From: a virus
Lineage: Duplodnaviria; Caudoviricetes
DNA: 64,000 nt
Virus record (IMG/VR): IMGVR_UViG_3300017919_000016
Location: 27,965 to 91,964 of that record
Reading direction: 5' to 3' (one strand)
The notes below the pieces were generated by a model. It was not told where the DNA came from, made no database searches, and saw only the letters and a program-made list of their open reading frames with translations. How positions within the stretch are numbered: position 1 is the first letter of the stretch; every line of letters begins with the position of its first letter. Both the position numbers and the translations under genes were made by a program. Shown piece by piece: positions 37,662 to 46,483 of this stretch.

Positions 37662-38458
37662 TTTTTAATCAGCTCCAGCCGTCTTTCCAGCTGGGCAATA
37701 GGGATAAGTGTCTTTTCTACTGGTTCTTGCTTTGGTTCTTTGCTCACGGGTACCGCTTCAGGTGTGGCTACCTTCTCTTCTCCCTGTTTATCAGAGAGGT
37801 ATTTCATCCTCGCCTGAATGCCTGGGAGTTTGTTCCTTAGAGCATTTGTCACTGTCATCTGGTCAAAGATAAAGCCAACGGAACCTTCATCTACCGGCTC
37901 TGATTCATAGAGAATCTTGTCGGCAAACTTCAGCTCGATGGCCTTATGGGCACTCATCCAGGTTTCAGCGTCCATCATGTGTGAGATTTTCGCTCTGGAA
38001 AGACCCGTCTTTGTCTGATAAGCATTGATAATACTCTCTTTTACTTCACTGAGTAGGTTAATCCCCACCTGCAGATCCGCCACCTCACCAGCAATAAGCA
38101 TGGCTGGGTTATGGATCATGATTACTGACAATGGAGATACACATACCTCATCTCCCGCCATGGCAATGACAGAAGCGGCACTGGCTGCAAGCCCATCAAT
38201 ATGGACACTGACCTTACCGGGATACTCTTTAAGCATGTTGTAAATCTGTGCTGCAGCGAAGGTGTCTCCACCTGGTGAGTGTATCTTTACAACAATGTCA
38301 TCTGCTTTAGATTCACTATCATAAAGCTCCGTCTTAAACTGTTTAGGGGTGATATCATCGTCAAACCAAGAGGACTCTGCAATGTATCCTTCAAGGTGCA
38401 AGGTTCTCACTGTAGGCTCCTCGGCTTCATTCACCACCCATCGCCAAAATTTATCCAT
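37652..38458 (-). CDS. ClpP-like head protease, copy A
   Basis: IHSPGG, GLAASAAS. Confidence 0.95.
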   Translation of the reverse strand: MDKFWRWVVNEAEEPTVRTLHLEGYIAESSWFDDDITPKQFKTELYDSESKADDIVVKIHSPGGDTFAAAQIYNMLKEYPGKVSVHIDGLAASAASVIAMAGDEVCVSPLSVIMIHNPAMLIAGEVADLQVGINLLSEVKESIINAYQTKTGLSRAKISHMMDAETWMSAHKAIELKFADKILYESEPVDEGSVGFIFDQMTVTNALRNKLPGIQARMKYLSDKQGEEKVATPEAVPVSKEPKQEPVEKTLIPIAQLERRLELIKNWR

Positions 38459-38539
38459 CTATTCGACCTCCTTTCGGGCATTAAAAAAGCACTCCTCGAT
38501 TTTGAGAAATGCTGTTGATACATCGTATTAAGTTTTTAG

Positions 38540-38593
38540 TTGTCCACAGAAATGGAGCAGTTGCACACATGCTTATGCACATAGTTATACACA
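38540..38593 (+). promoter_or_regulatory. Cluster of DnaA-box-like 9-mers
   Basis: TTGTCCACA 38540, TTGCACACA 38561, TTATGCACA 38573, TTATACACA 38585 vs TTWTNCACA. Confidence 0.55.
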
Positions 38594-38598
38594 CGTCA

Positions 38599-39834
38599 TC
38601 ATGGCTCATCACCACCAGACTCATCCAAGGCTTTCTTCGCGTAGGCGCCTGCCATCTTTAAAGGCAAAAGATTTCCGTTCGCCAAATAGAGATTCCCACC
38701 TTCTTCATCAGGTATTGGATCCATATTCTCCATCCTTCTCACATCATTAACGGAGAAGAAACCATTCTGAATACCGATGGCGTATCCATCCATCCTGGAT
38801 TTATAATCCCCTCGCATCAGAGCTGATGCATTGAAGGACACGAAACACTGACCTTTCTCTTTTTCAAGGAAGAGCTTCTTGTTCATCGCCTGCTCTATTC
38901 GAACCAGCCAAGGTCTGATGGTATGGACCACAAAGCTGATGGATTGGTTCTCAATGTTACTGAATGAACTCTTGCTAAGGTCCGCCACCATATGAGGTGG
39001 CACTTGAAAGATTCTGCAGATTTCTTCTATCTGAAACTTCCTGGTCTCAAGAAACTGCGCATCGGAGTTGGGCATGCTGATGGCTTGGTACTGAAGGCCA
39101 TCTTCAAGGACTGCCACCTTGTTGCTGTTTCCACTTCCCCCATAAGCCGCCTGCCAGGCATCTCTCACTTTTGATGGATCCTTGATGGTTCCTGATGTTG
39201 AAAGAATACCGCTTGGTGTAGCGTTGTTGGCAAAGAACCTGCCACCATATTCTTCAGCGGCTATGTTAAGTCCGATGGCATTCTTTGCTAGAGCCACCGG
39301 TGAGTAACCCATGACACCATCAAAGCCAAGTCCTGGTACATGAAGAACATCTTCAGGTCCTATATAATGGGTGGTAGTGTCCTTCCTATAAGCGTAGTAG
39401 AGATTTCCATTCTTATCTCGATCCACCGTCATCTTGTCGGGAAGCAAGGGATATAGAAGCACCACTTCCCCTTTGCCATTTCGAATAATCTGGCAGTAGG
39501 CATTTCCCCATAGAAGGAGGTGGGTCATCATGGTCTCCCTTAAGGTAAAGGACGTCATCTCCGGGTTTGGTTCATCGTGTAAAATCCTATACAACGGGTG
39601 GGTGTACAGCTTTTCTTTACCGTCACCTTGGTACCTGTAAGTGTGAAGGGGTAAAGATGCCACCGTCTCAGCAATGATTCTCACACAGGCAAAAACCGCA
39701 GTGGTCTGCATGGAGCTTCGTTCGTTGACGATTTTCCCCGATATACTTTGACCCATATAAAAGTTAGGAGCACTGCTGACACTGTCAGTAGGTTCTGCCC
39801 TCGCCTTAAAGAGCCATTTAAAAAAGTTTGCCAT
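38599..39834 (-). CDS. Portal protein, copy A
   Basis: As copy B. Confidence 0.96.
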   Translation of the reverse strand: MANFFKWLFKARAEPTDSVSSAPNFYMGQSISGKIVNERSSMQTTAVFACVRIIAETVASLPLHTYRYQGDGKEKLYTHPLYRILHDEPNPEMTSFTLRETMMTHLLLWGNAYCQIIRNGKGEVVLLYPLLPDKMTVDRDKNGNLYYAYRKDTTTHYIGPEDVLHVPGLGFDGVMGYSPVALAKNAIGLNIAAEEYGGRFFANNATPSGILSTSGTIKDPSKVRDAWQAAYGGSGNSNKVAVLEDGLQYQAISMPNSDAQFLETRKFQIEEICRIFQVPPHMVADLSKSSFSNIENQSISFVVHTIRPWLVRIEQAMNKKLFLEKEKGQCFVSFNASALMRGDYKSRMDGYAIGIQNGFFSVNDVRRMENMDPIPDEEGGNLYLANGNLLPLKMAGAYAKKALDESGGDEP

Positions 39835-39853
39835 AATCTATGTTCACCCCCTT

Positions 39854-41410
39854 CTATCCTAAAATGATCATGTCGCGTTCATCATAAATAGATCCATCAT
39901 CATCCGGTGGATTCACGGTTGCTCTGGCAAGACCCATGATCAAGGCTACGATACCATCGATTTTTTCAGAGGACTTTTCCTTGTCTACCTTGATGTTTCC
40001 AGCAGGGTCCGTTCTGACCACGATGTTATCTGCCATCCACCTCAAGACTGGATGCCCGCCATGGGCAATCTGCTTGCTTAGTGTAAGCCTCATCAGATCT
40101 TTGGTTGGTGGAGACATATCCTTAAAACCCTGACCAAACGGTACTACCGTAAATCCCATACCCTCTAGGTTCTGGCTCATCTGCGTTGCGCCCCAGCGGT
40201 CATAGACGATTTCTCTGATGTTGTATTTCTCACCAAGTCGCTCAATAAACTTTTCGATGAATCCATAGTGGACCACGTTTCCTTCCGTTAGATTAAGAAG
40301 TCCCTGCCTATGCCAGATGTCATAGGGAACGCTGTCTCTTTTCACCCGCTGATGTAGAGTTTCCTCCGGAAGCCAGAAGTATGGGAGTACCTGAAACTTA
40401 TCTCCCTCTTCTAGTGGAGGGAACACTAAAACAAAAGCGGTGATGTCACTGGTTGAGGATAGGTCAAGACCTCCATAGCAGACTCGTCCTTTCAGCTCTT
40501 CCGGGTCTATCGTGTAGTTACAAAGGTCCCACTTGTCCATGGGCATCCATTTGATTTCCTGCTTTAACCACATGTTTAGTCTAAGCTGTTTAAACAAGGC
40601 GAGATCTGCCGGATCGTCTTTGACTTGATTGTAGTGCTCCCTGACCCTCTCTATTGAAATGGTATGGCCAAGACTTGGGTTGGCCTTATACCAGTTGTTT
40701 TCATCTTCAATGTCCGCATCATCCTCTAGCCCATAGATAATGGCGAGAAATGTCGGATCTACTCTCTTACCTTCCAGTATGTCTTTCGCCTTTTGATGCA
40801 TTTCCCAGCCATAGCCGGAGAGTTGATTCCCTGCAGTGGTGAGATATAAAAAGAGCGGCTGGGTTCTCGCATCCCCTGAACCGGTGGTCAGCATCTTGGC
40901 AAGGTCTGGATTTGGATAGGTCCAAATCTCATCAAGGATAACGCAAGAAGCATTGATCCCGGACTTTGATTTAACATCGGAACTAAGTACCTGATAAAAA
41001 CTTCCTGTCTTTGGATAGGTGATTCGCTTAGTGGAGCGCACAAGGTTTGTGACCTTCGATAGGGTTGAGTTCCCTTCCACAAAGTTCATACTGGTGTTAA
41101 AAATGATGCTGGCCTGTTGTCTATCACAAGCGGCTACATACACTTCTGCATTGGGTTCCCCATCAGCAAGAAGCATGTAAAGGGCAATGGCTGCGCCCAG
41201 CTCCGACTTTCCGTTTTTCTTACCAATCTCCACATAGGCGGTTCGGTACTGGCGGGTGCCATCTTCCCTTAAGGTTCCAAAGAGGCGTCTCACCAAGTCC
41301 TTCTCCCAGGGAAGTAACTTAAAAGGCTGACCGGCCCATCTGCCCTTGGTCAGCTTCAGTTGTTCGATAAAGTTTATGGCGTGGTTCGCATGGGCTTCAC
41401 TAAATGGCAT
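39854..41410 (-). CDS. terL: Terminase large subunit, copy A
   Basis: Walker A GKKNGKS; nuclease motifs. Confidence 0.96.
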   Translation of the reverse strand: MPFSEAHANHAINFIEQLKLTKGRWAGQPFKLLPWEKDLVRRLFGTLREDGTRQYRTAYVEIGKKNGKSELGAAIALYMLLADGEPNAEVYVAACDRQQASIIFNTSMNFVEGNSTLSKVTNLVRSTKRITYPKTGSFYQVLSSDVKSKSGINASCVILDEIWTYPNPDLAKMLTTGSGDARTQPLFLYLTTAGNQLSGYGWEMHQKAKDILEGKRVDPTFLAIIYGLEDDADIEDENNWYKANPSLGHTISIERVREHYNQVKDDPADLALFKQLRLNMWLKQEIKWMPMDKWDLCNYTIDPEELKGRVCYGGLDLSSTSDITAFVLVFPPLEEGDKFQVLPYFWLPEETLHQRVKRDSVPYDIWHRQGLLNLTEGNVVHYGFIEKFIERLGEKYNIREIVYDRWGATQMSQNLEGMGFTVVPFGQGFKDMSPPTKDLMRLTLSKQIAHGGHPVLRWMADNIVVRTDPAGNIKVDKEKSSEKIDGIVALIMGLARATVNPPDDDGSIYDERDMIILG

Positions 41411-41430
41411 AGGCGCCTCCTCCTTTCAAA

Positions 41431-41943
41431 TTAGTCGTCCTTACTCTTTTTTAGAATGTCCTCCGCCTTTGGCACATTGGATAGTAGCTCTTCCATGGCA
41501 TCGCCCTCGATGGTGTTCCCGCTGTTATTGATGTTGAGTCTACTTCGGGCTGATGGACTAAGCCCAAGCTCTGAGCAGAAGTTTCTCATCTGTTTAAGGT
41601 TCTGCTGGGCAATGGACACTTGAGGAATCTGCTGAATGTATCCTGAAGCGGTCTTCAAAATGGATCCATGCTTTGAGATGAATTCCTCTGCTTCCTTCCA
41701 TCTGGCATAAGCTTGACAGTACCCGGCAAAGGCAGCCATATCGACCCTCGTCAGTAGCCCCATAGCTTCCAGCTCTTTTGATAGCCTTCTCCATTCTTTC
41801 TTGGCATCCGGTTCCAGCCATGACGGGCACTTGGGTGCTATCTGTTTTGGTTTTGGTTCGTTTTTATTCAGTGGTCTTTTTCCTGGATTGCCTTCCAGTT
41901 CTTTAACCGCTGTAGGTTTTGGTGGTCTTCCTCTACCTGCCAT
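41431..41943 (-). CDS. terS: Terminase small subunit, P27 family, copy A
   Basis: As copy B. Confidence 0.94.
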   Translation of the reverse strand: MAGRGRPPKPTAVKELEGNPGKRPLNKNEPKPKQIAPKCPSWLEPDAKKEWRRLSKELEAMGLLTRVDMAAFAGYCQAYARWKEAEEFISKHGSILKTASGYIQQIPQVSIAQQNLKQMRNFCSELGLSPSARSRLNINNSGNTIEGDAMEELLSNVPKAEDILKKSKDD

Positions 41944-42007
41944 AACTTTCACCTCCTTCATTTGCTGCAAAGAAAAAGACCCGTAGGTCTTCATTCAAAA
42001 CTACATT

Positions 42008-42187
42008 CTATTTTCTTTTTCGCTCTTCTACTCTTCCCAGTTCAAAGGCAAGCTCTAAGGCTTTCTTCACTCCCCATACGGAAACATCATGAAAATCAAA
42101 TCCGTCGGAGTTTCTTGTCTCTAAGGTCTCAATAAAAAGATGTTCTTTTGCGATGGCTTCCAGTTTCTTCTCGATTTTTTTGCTCAT
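42008..42187 (-). CDS. Small conserved phage protein (LETRNSD..DFHDVSVW); absent from copy B
   Basis: Recurrent mobile-element motif; preceded by the promoter motif. Confidence 0.8.
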   Translation of the reverse strand: MSKKIEKKLEAIAKEHLFIETLETRNSDGFDFHDVSVWGVKKALELAFELGRVEERKRK

Positions 42188-42317
42188 GTTTGCATTCCCC
42201 TTTCCTTTTGGTGTGTACATAATAGCTCTAGTCGGGGAGTATAGCCAGTAGTATTTGTGTATACTTGAAGATTTATATCAAAGAGAAAAGAGCCTCTTAT
42301 CAGGCTCTAGATTTCTC

Positions 42318-42533
42318 TTAGTTTACGCTTTTCATGTCGACTTTGATTACTTCGACTTGCCAGTCAATGAAACTCTTGAACCATTTTTCCGAGAAATTTT
42401 CTGCCATCTCTTTACTGTCCCAGAAACAAACCATATCAAAACCAAAAGTCCATTTAGGTTGATCCTCCCAAATGCTAAGGTATAGCTTCCTACCAGTTTT
42501 CGTCTCCGTGGTAACCATGTAGAAAATCGCCAT
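42318..42533 (-). CDS. Hypothetical phage protein
   Basis: Homolog of 13978-14193. Confidence 0.75.
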   Translation of the reverse strand: MAIFYMVTTETKTGRKLYLSIWEDQPKWTFGFDMVCFWDSKEMAENFSEKWFKSFIDWQVEVIKVDMKSVN

Positions 42534-42582
42534 TTCTTCCCGTCTTATTTTCGCACACATATTCATCACTTCGACAGCTCGT

Positions 42583-42789
42583 TTAATCACGAATTCCCTT
42601 GAAATTAAAATTCCCTTTTCGAATCTCTTCATGATCTGCTTCCACAGCCCTTTTGTACTCAGGGTCTTTGGTTTCCTTCTCTTTGCAGCTCATGCAGACG
42701 CACTGCTCATTGAACATGGACATGATTCGCCCACCTTCTAAGCTGCCACCGCAGCGGTCACAATGTGTTTGACTAAAAAATCGATCCAT
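42583..42789 (-). CDS. Small Zn-finger phage protein, copy A
   Basis: CDRC..CMSC. Confidence 0.8.
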   Translation of the reverse strand: MDRFFSQTHCDRCGGSLEGGRIMSMFNEQCVCMSCKEKETKDPEYKRAVEADHEEIRKGNFNFKGIRD

Positions 42790-42802
42790 CTACTCGCACC
42801 TC

Positions 42803-42991
42803 CTATTCCACATCTACATATTCCATCAATAAGGCCAGAGCTTCATCATAGCTCTTGGCTTCAGTTGTTATCCGCCTAACCATCTCCTCTGCCTTTTGGG
42901 GTTCGCCTGCTTCCTTTAGGGTTCGTGATACGATTCCCATGAGATTAAAGATGTTTCCATCCTCGCCCGTGAGTCTGCATCTAGGCTTCAT
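42803..42991 (-). CDS. Small conserved phage protein, copy A
   Basis: LTGEDGNIFNLMG. Confidence 0.8.
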   Translation of the reverse strand: MKPRCRLTGEDGNIFNLMGIVSRTLKEAGEPQKAEEMVRRITTEAKSYDEALALLMEYVDVE

Positions 42992-43802
42992 CGATTTCAT
43001 CCACCTTTCTAAAAGCACCGCTACCCTCAAGGTGCTTAAGAAGTGTCTTTCTGGTTTCCTTGTACTCGGGACCATTCATTCCGATGCGGATCAGCCAGGT
43101 TCTAAGAGCATACTTTGGATTGTCTTCCTGTGCCTGTTTATAGGATGCGCGTTTTAAGGTTCTTCCGTAGTTCGCTACAAGAACACATAGATCTTGAAAT
43201 GCCTTGATCCTTTCTGGATTCAAGTTTGAGCTGTGAAGTTTGAAGGTGAACGTCTTCTCATCAACATCAATCTGAAATCCTGGACACCTGTTTGTCCCCA
43301 GTTCTTCAAGGGCTTCTTTAAGTCCCTCTAAATCCTTAATCTCTGGCTTGTTCAGGTCTTCTGCAAACCCATCATCCATGAAGGCTTCCTCTGTTTCAAA
43401 AGCCATCATGATAAGCCGCTGCTTGCTGTAAAGCATGTTGATGATATTCTTAAGGCTATCAGCTGTGTGCTCTTCAAAGTTCAGTTTAACTTCAACCCCA
43501 CTAAGTTCTTCTAGCAGATTAGTCGATTCAGCATTTTGAGCTGCCTCATGAGTTTCAGTTTTATTCATCTGCACTTCATCACTTTCCTCTTGATCAGTCA
43601 GTAGCTCTGGCTCCAATTGTTGATTCAGGATTTCTTCCATGGTGATGGGCTCTCCATCGCCTCTCGTAATACCACCATGTCTGTCAATGGTGTAGACTTC
43701 ATTTTCTGTTCTGATTTCATAAGCAAAGCTTGGAACACTTAGATACTTAGGTTTCACGCCAAAGTGCTCGCCCAGTTGTTTGATCATTTCTTTCCTTTCC
43801 AT
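42981..43802 (-). CDS. Conserved phage protein ('virulence-related' type), copy A
   Basis: C-terminal NPKY..RTWL.RIG motif shared with the amidoligase C-terminus. Confidence 0.85.
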   Translation of the reverse strand: MERKEMIKQLGEHFGVKPKYLSVPSFAYEIRTENEVYTIDRHGGITRGDGEPITMEEILNQQLEPELLTDQEESDEVQMNKTETHEAAQNAESTNLLEELSGVEVKLNFEEHTADSLKNIINMLYSKQRLIMMAFETEEAFMDDGFAEDLNKPEIKDLEGLKEALEELGTNRCPGFQIDVDEKTFTFKLHSSNLNPERIKAFQDLCVLVANYGRTLKRASYKQAQEDNPKYALRTWLIRIGMNGPEYKETRKTLLKHLEGSGAFRKVDEIDEA

Positions 43803-43951
43803 TTTTAATCCTCCTTTACTTGGTTGGTACTTCTATACATCACTCACACCGCTGAAAATAGCAAGCTATATATTTTTTATTTTTGGAATTGGAAGTTCTG
43901 CCATTGAATTGGTAATTTCTTTCATATAACATAGAAGTAACAACCTAGGAG

Positions 43952-44206
43952 GTGCAAATGAAATCAACAGGCATTGTTCGGAAAGTTGATCAGCTTGGTA
44001 GAATCGTCATCCCAAAGGAACTAAGAGACACACTTGGCATCGACCAGAAATCACCACTTGAGATTTTCACCAGTGAGGATACCATCATCCTCGGTAAATA
44101 CGAGCCGCAGTGTACGATCTGTGGTAATGCAAAAGGCACTCGCAAATTCAAAGGAAAGCTCATCTGCAATTATTGTATTGCCTATATCAAAGAAGCAGGC
44201 CGCTAA
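43952..44206 (+). CDS. abrB: AbrB-family transition-state regulator with C-terminal Zn-binding domain
   Basis: MKSTGIVRKVDQLGRIVIPKELR; CxxC..CxxC. Confidence 0.93.
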   Translation: MQMKSTGIVRKVDQLGRIVIPKELRDTLGIDQKSPLEIFTSEDTIILGKYEPQCTICGNAKGTRKFKGKLICNYCIAYIKEAGR

Positions 44207-44230
44207 GCCTGCTTTTTGCTTTTCTGAGTT

Positions 44231-44542
44231 CTAGAGCTCAAGTCCAACATACCGCCCATATGAGTATCCCTCATTATTCACAAGGATTTTCTCTCCAGTA
44301 TCAATGTTTACAACGCGGATGCACCTTACCTCTCCATTTTGGTTGATGCCTCCATCTTCTATCGTGATCCAGGGCTGATCTTTCAAAAAGTCCTGGGCAA
44401 AATCTCTAAACTCTGCATCCTTTAAAATCACTTCTCTCGTGATGGTATATGGCTGTCCTTTCTTGCCTTCTTTGATGGCTTGGTGGGTGAGCTCTTTAAG
44501 CTCTACAAGGTCACATACTTTTCTAGCGAACAATGCTTTCAT
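44231..44542 (-). CDS. Hypothetical phage protein
   Basis: ILV..EGYSY.RY motif. Confidence 0.8.
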   Translation of the reverse strand: MKALFARKVCDLVELKELTHQAIKEGKKGQPYTITREVILKDAEFRDFAQDFLKDQPWITIEDGGINQNGEVRCIRVVNIDTGEKILVNNEGYSYGRYVGLEL

Positions 44543-44733
44543 TGTTTTCTCCCTCCCGCCCTTTTGAAATACTCTGTTTCCAGAAATTCTTCCATTTCAC
44601 CGGGTGTGTAGATCAGGCACTCATCATCACTTTCTTCAACGGGTGCCAGGATAAAATCCCGACCCCATTTCCCAGCGATTTCGTAAACCTTACCACTCCT
44701 GCTTTCAAACCTGTCTTTCTTCTGAACCATCAT
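44539..44733 (-). CDS. Hypothetical phage protein
   Basis: AGGAGG RBS; coupled to next gene. Confidence 0.7.
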   Translation of the reverse strand: MMVQKKDRFESRSGKVYEIAGKWGRDFILAPVEESDDECLIYTPGEMEEFLETEYFKRAGGRKQ

Positions 44734-44828
44734 TTCTTTGACCTCCTTTTTTTGGTACTACAATTCATCACTCGAAAGCCACAAAAATGCAAGCTTTATC
44801 TTAAGAGATGATGTATGTTCTAGGCGGT

Positions 44829-45341
44829 CTAAAGAAAGTTCGCTGGGTACTTCTTGATAGCCTTTTCGCTAATGGCCAGTGCATCTTCAATAAAGGATTC
44901 ATCAAAACCGGCTGCCCTATAACCTTCTCTTACAGTCTCTAGATAACTTCTGCTTGGAAGGTTGAGATGGATCCTATCCAGAATCTTATCGGTCATGATA
45001 TACACCATGGCTGTAATGACCGTTCCATCCTCTAGAGTGACTTTCACGTCTTCCTTTTCATAAAATCTCGGGTAGCCTTCGTAAAAATCTAGCGCCTTCT
45101 CATCTTCAGGCTCAAGTTCCCAAACAATCACCGGAACTTTCCCACCACGCTTTTTCTCAATGGTGCAATAGGCATTTGCCATCTGACCCTTAAATAGTAG
45201 ACGATATCCTTTTAAGAACCCTTTACCGTAGACCTTAGCCGTCTGGCATCTCATGGCCATTTGACCAAGATTAAGATTGGACCCATAGGCCGCTCCTAGT
45301 CTTTTTTCCACTTTCATGCTTACTCCATCCTTTCTCAACAA
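44829..45341 (-). CDS. Gamma-glutamylcyclotransferase (AIG2-like)
   Basis: AYGSNL, LDFYEGYP..Y, YIM. Confidence 0.92.
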   Translation of the reverse strand: MLRKDGVSMKVEKRLGAAYGSNLNLGQMAMRCQTAKVYGKGFLKGYRLLFKGQMANAYCTIEKKRGGKVPVIVWELEPEDEKALDFYEGYPRFYEKEDVKVTLEDGTVITAMVYIMTDKILDRIHLNLPSRSYLETVREGYRAAGFDESFIEDALAISEKAIKKYPANFL

Positions 45342-45458
45342 GGGCGGTTTATCCCCCCACGTTTCGCCTGTGTGGGCTTTTGTTTAAAGCGGGGAACCCT
45401 TCTACCACCTTAAGGGCGGTTGCCCGCTCGGTGGGTTTAAAGGCGCCGCCTTTTTTAA

Positions 45459-46382
45459 CTATACGGCTGTGCGAAATCTCCAAGCTGCCGATCCTGATAA
45501 ACTTTTACATAAATGTTCGCGGCAGTTCTTGAACTCATCCCCGATTAGCCCAATTCGATTAAGCCAGGTTCTCATGGAGAACTTTGGGTTTTCCATCTGT
45601 GGTTTCTTGCTGCTGGCACTCTTTTGGGTTATGGCCTGATGATTCATGGCTAGGGCCAGAACCACATAGCTCCTGATCTTTCCGGCGTGGAGGGTTCCGT
45701 TGAATCCCCTAAGTTCAACCGTTCCGCATCCGTTAAAAAGGCTGTGAAGGTTTAGAAAATGGTATCGGCTGTCATGGTAATGTCTGTCCCTTCTCTCGCT
45801 GTAGTCTTGGTACCAGATGTCTTCAATTTGTTTCATGGTGGTTGGCTTTTTCTTATTCATTCTCTCAACAAGGCTTTGATCCATCTTTTTGCAGTAGTGC
45901 ATTCTTCTTCTCTCTATTTGAAGAGCATCGTACAAAAGGTCGTTTCTTGAGTAGATGATGTTCATGAAGTTTCTGATGGACCTCGGTGTGTGGTCGGCGC
46001 CGTTCAAATGGATATGGATTCCAGATGAGTTCTGCGCTTCAGAAAACCCCCCGGCATTTCTAAGTTTTCTCACCATCTCCTGAAGGCTCTCCATGTCTTT
46101 TTCGTAGGTTAGGATTGGGCTGACCAGTTCGACGCTGTATTCTTTTGAGGCTGAAACCTTCTGACCACCTGATCTCTTCTGAGTGTTAATGCTTCCGTCA
46201 TACATCACTTTCCACTTTCGGCCATCTGGCGCTGTGATTCTAAAGGTTCTGTAGTAATCGTGAAGTTCTTCGATGCTGCCGCCTAGATGTTCTGCTACAA
46301 TCTTAGCCGCTTTTCTTCTGGTGATTCCTGTAAGTTCGATCTCGATTCCAAAGTTGCTCTTCAAGAAATCCTTGTCTGCCAT
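45459..46382 (-). CDS. Amidoligase (COOH-NH2 ligase type 2)
   Basis: FGIEIE, DGS, ELVSPIL, GIHIH, TVELR. Confidence 0.92.
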   Translation of the reverse strand: MADKDFLKSNFGIEIELTGITRRKAAKIVAEHLGGSIEELHDYYRTFRITAPDGRKWKVMYDGSINTQKRSGGQKVSASKEYSVELVSPILTYEKDMESLQEMVRKLRNAGGFSEAQNSSGIHIHLNGADHTPRSIRNFMNIIYSRNDLLYDALQIERRRMHYCKKMDQSLVERMNKKKPTTMKQIEDIWYQDYSERRDRHYHDSRYHFLNLHSLFNGCGTVELRGFNGTLHAGKIRSYVVLALAMNHQAITQKSASSKKPQMENPKFSMRTWLNRIGLIGDEFKNCREHLCKSLSGSAAWRFRTAV

Positions 46383-46483
46383 GGTGCTTTCCCCTTTCTC
46401 GTTTAGGTGTGTTTCTTTCGTCATGTACATTAACGCTCTAAACGAGAGGTATAGCAAGTTAATTAAGAGGTATATATTGTATT

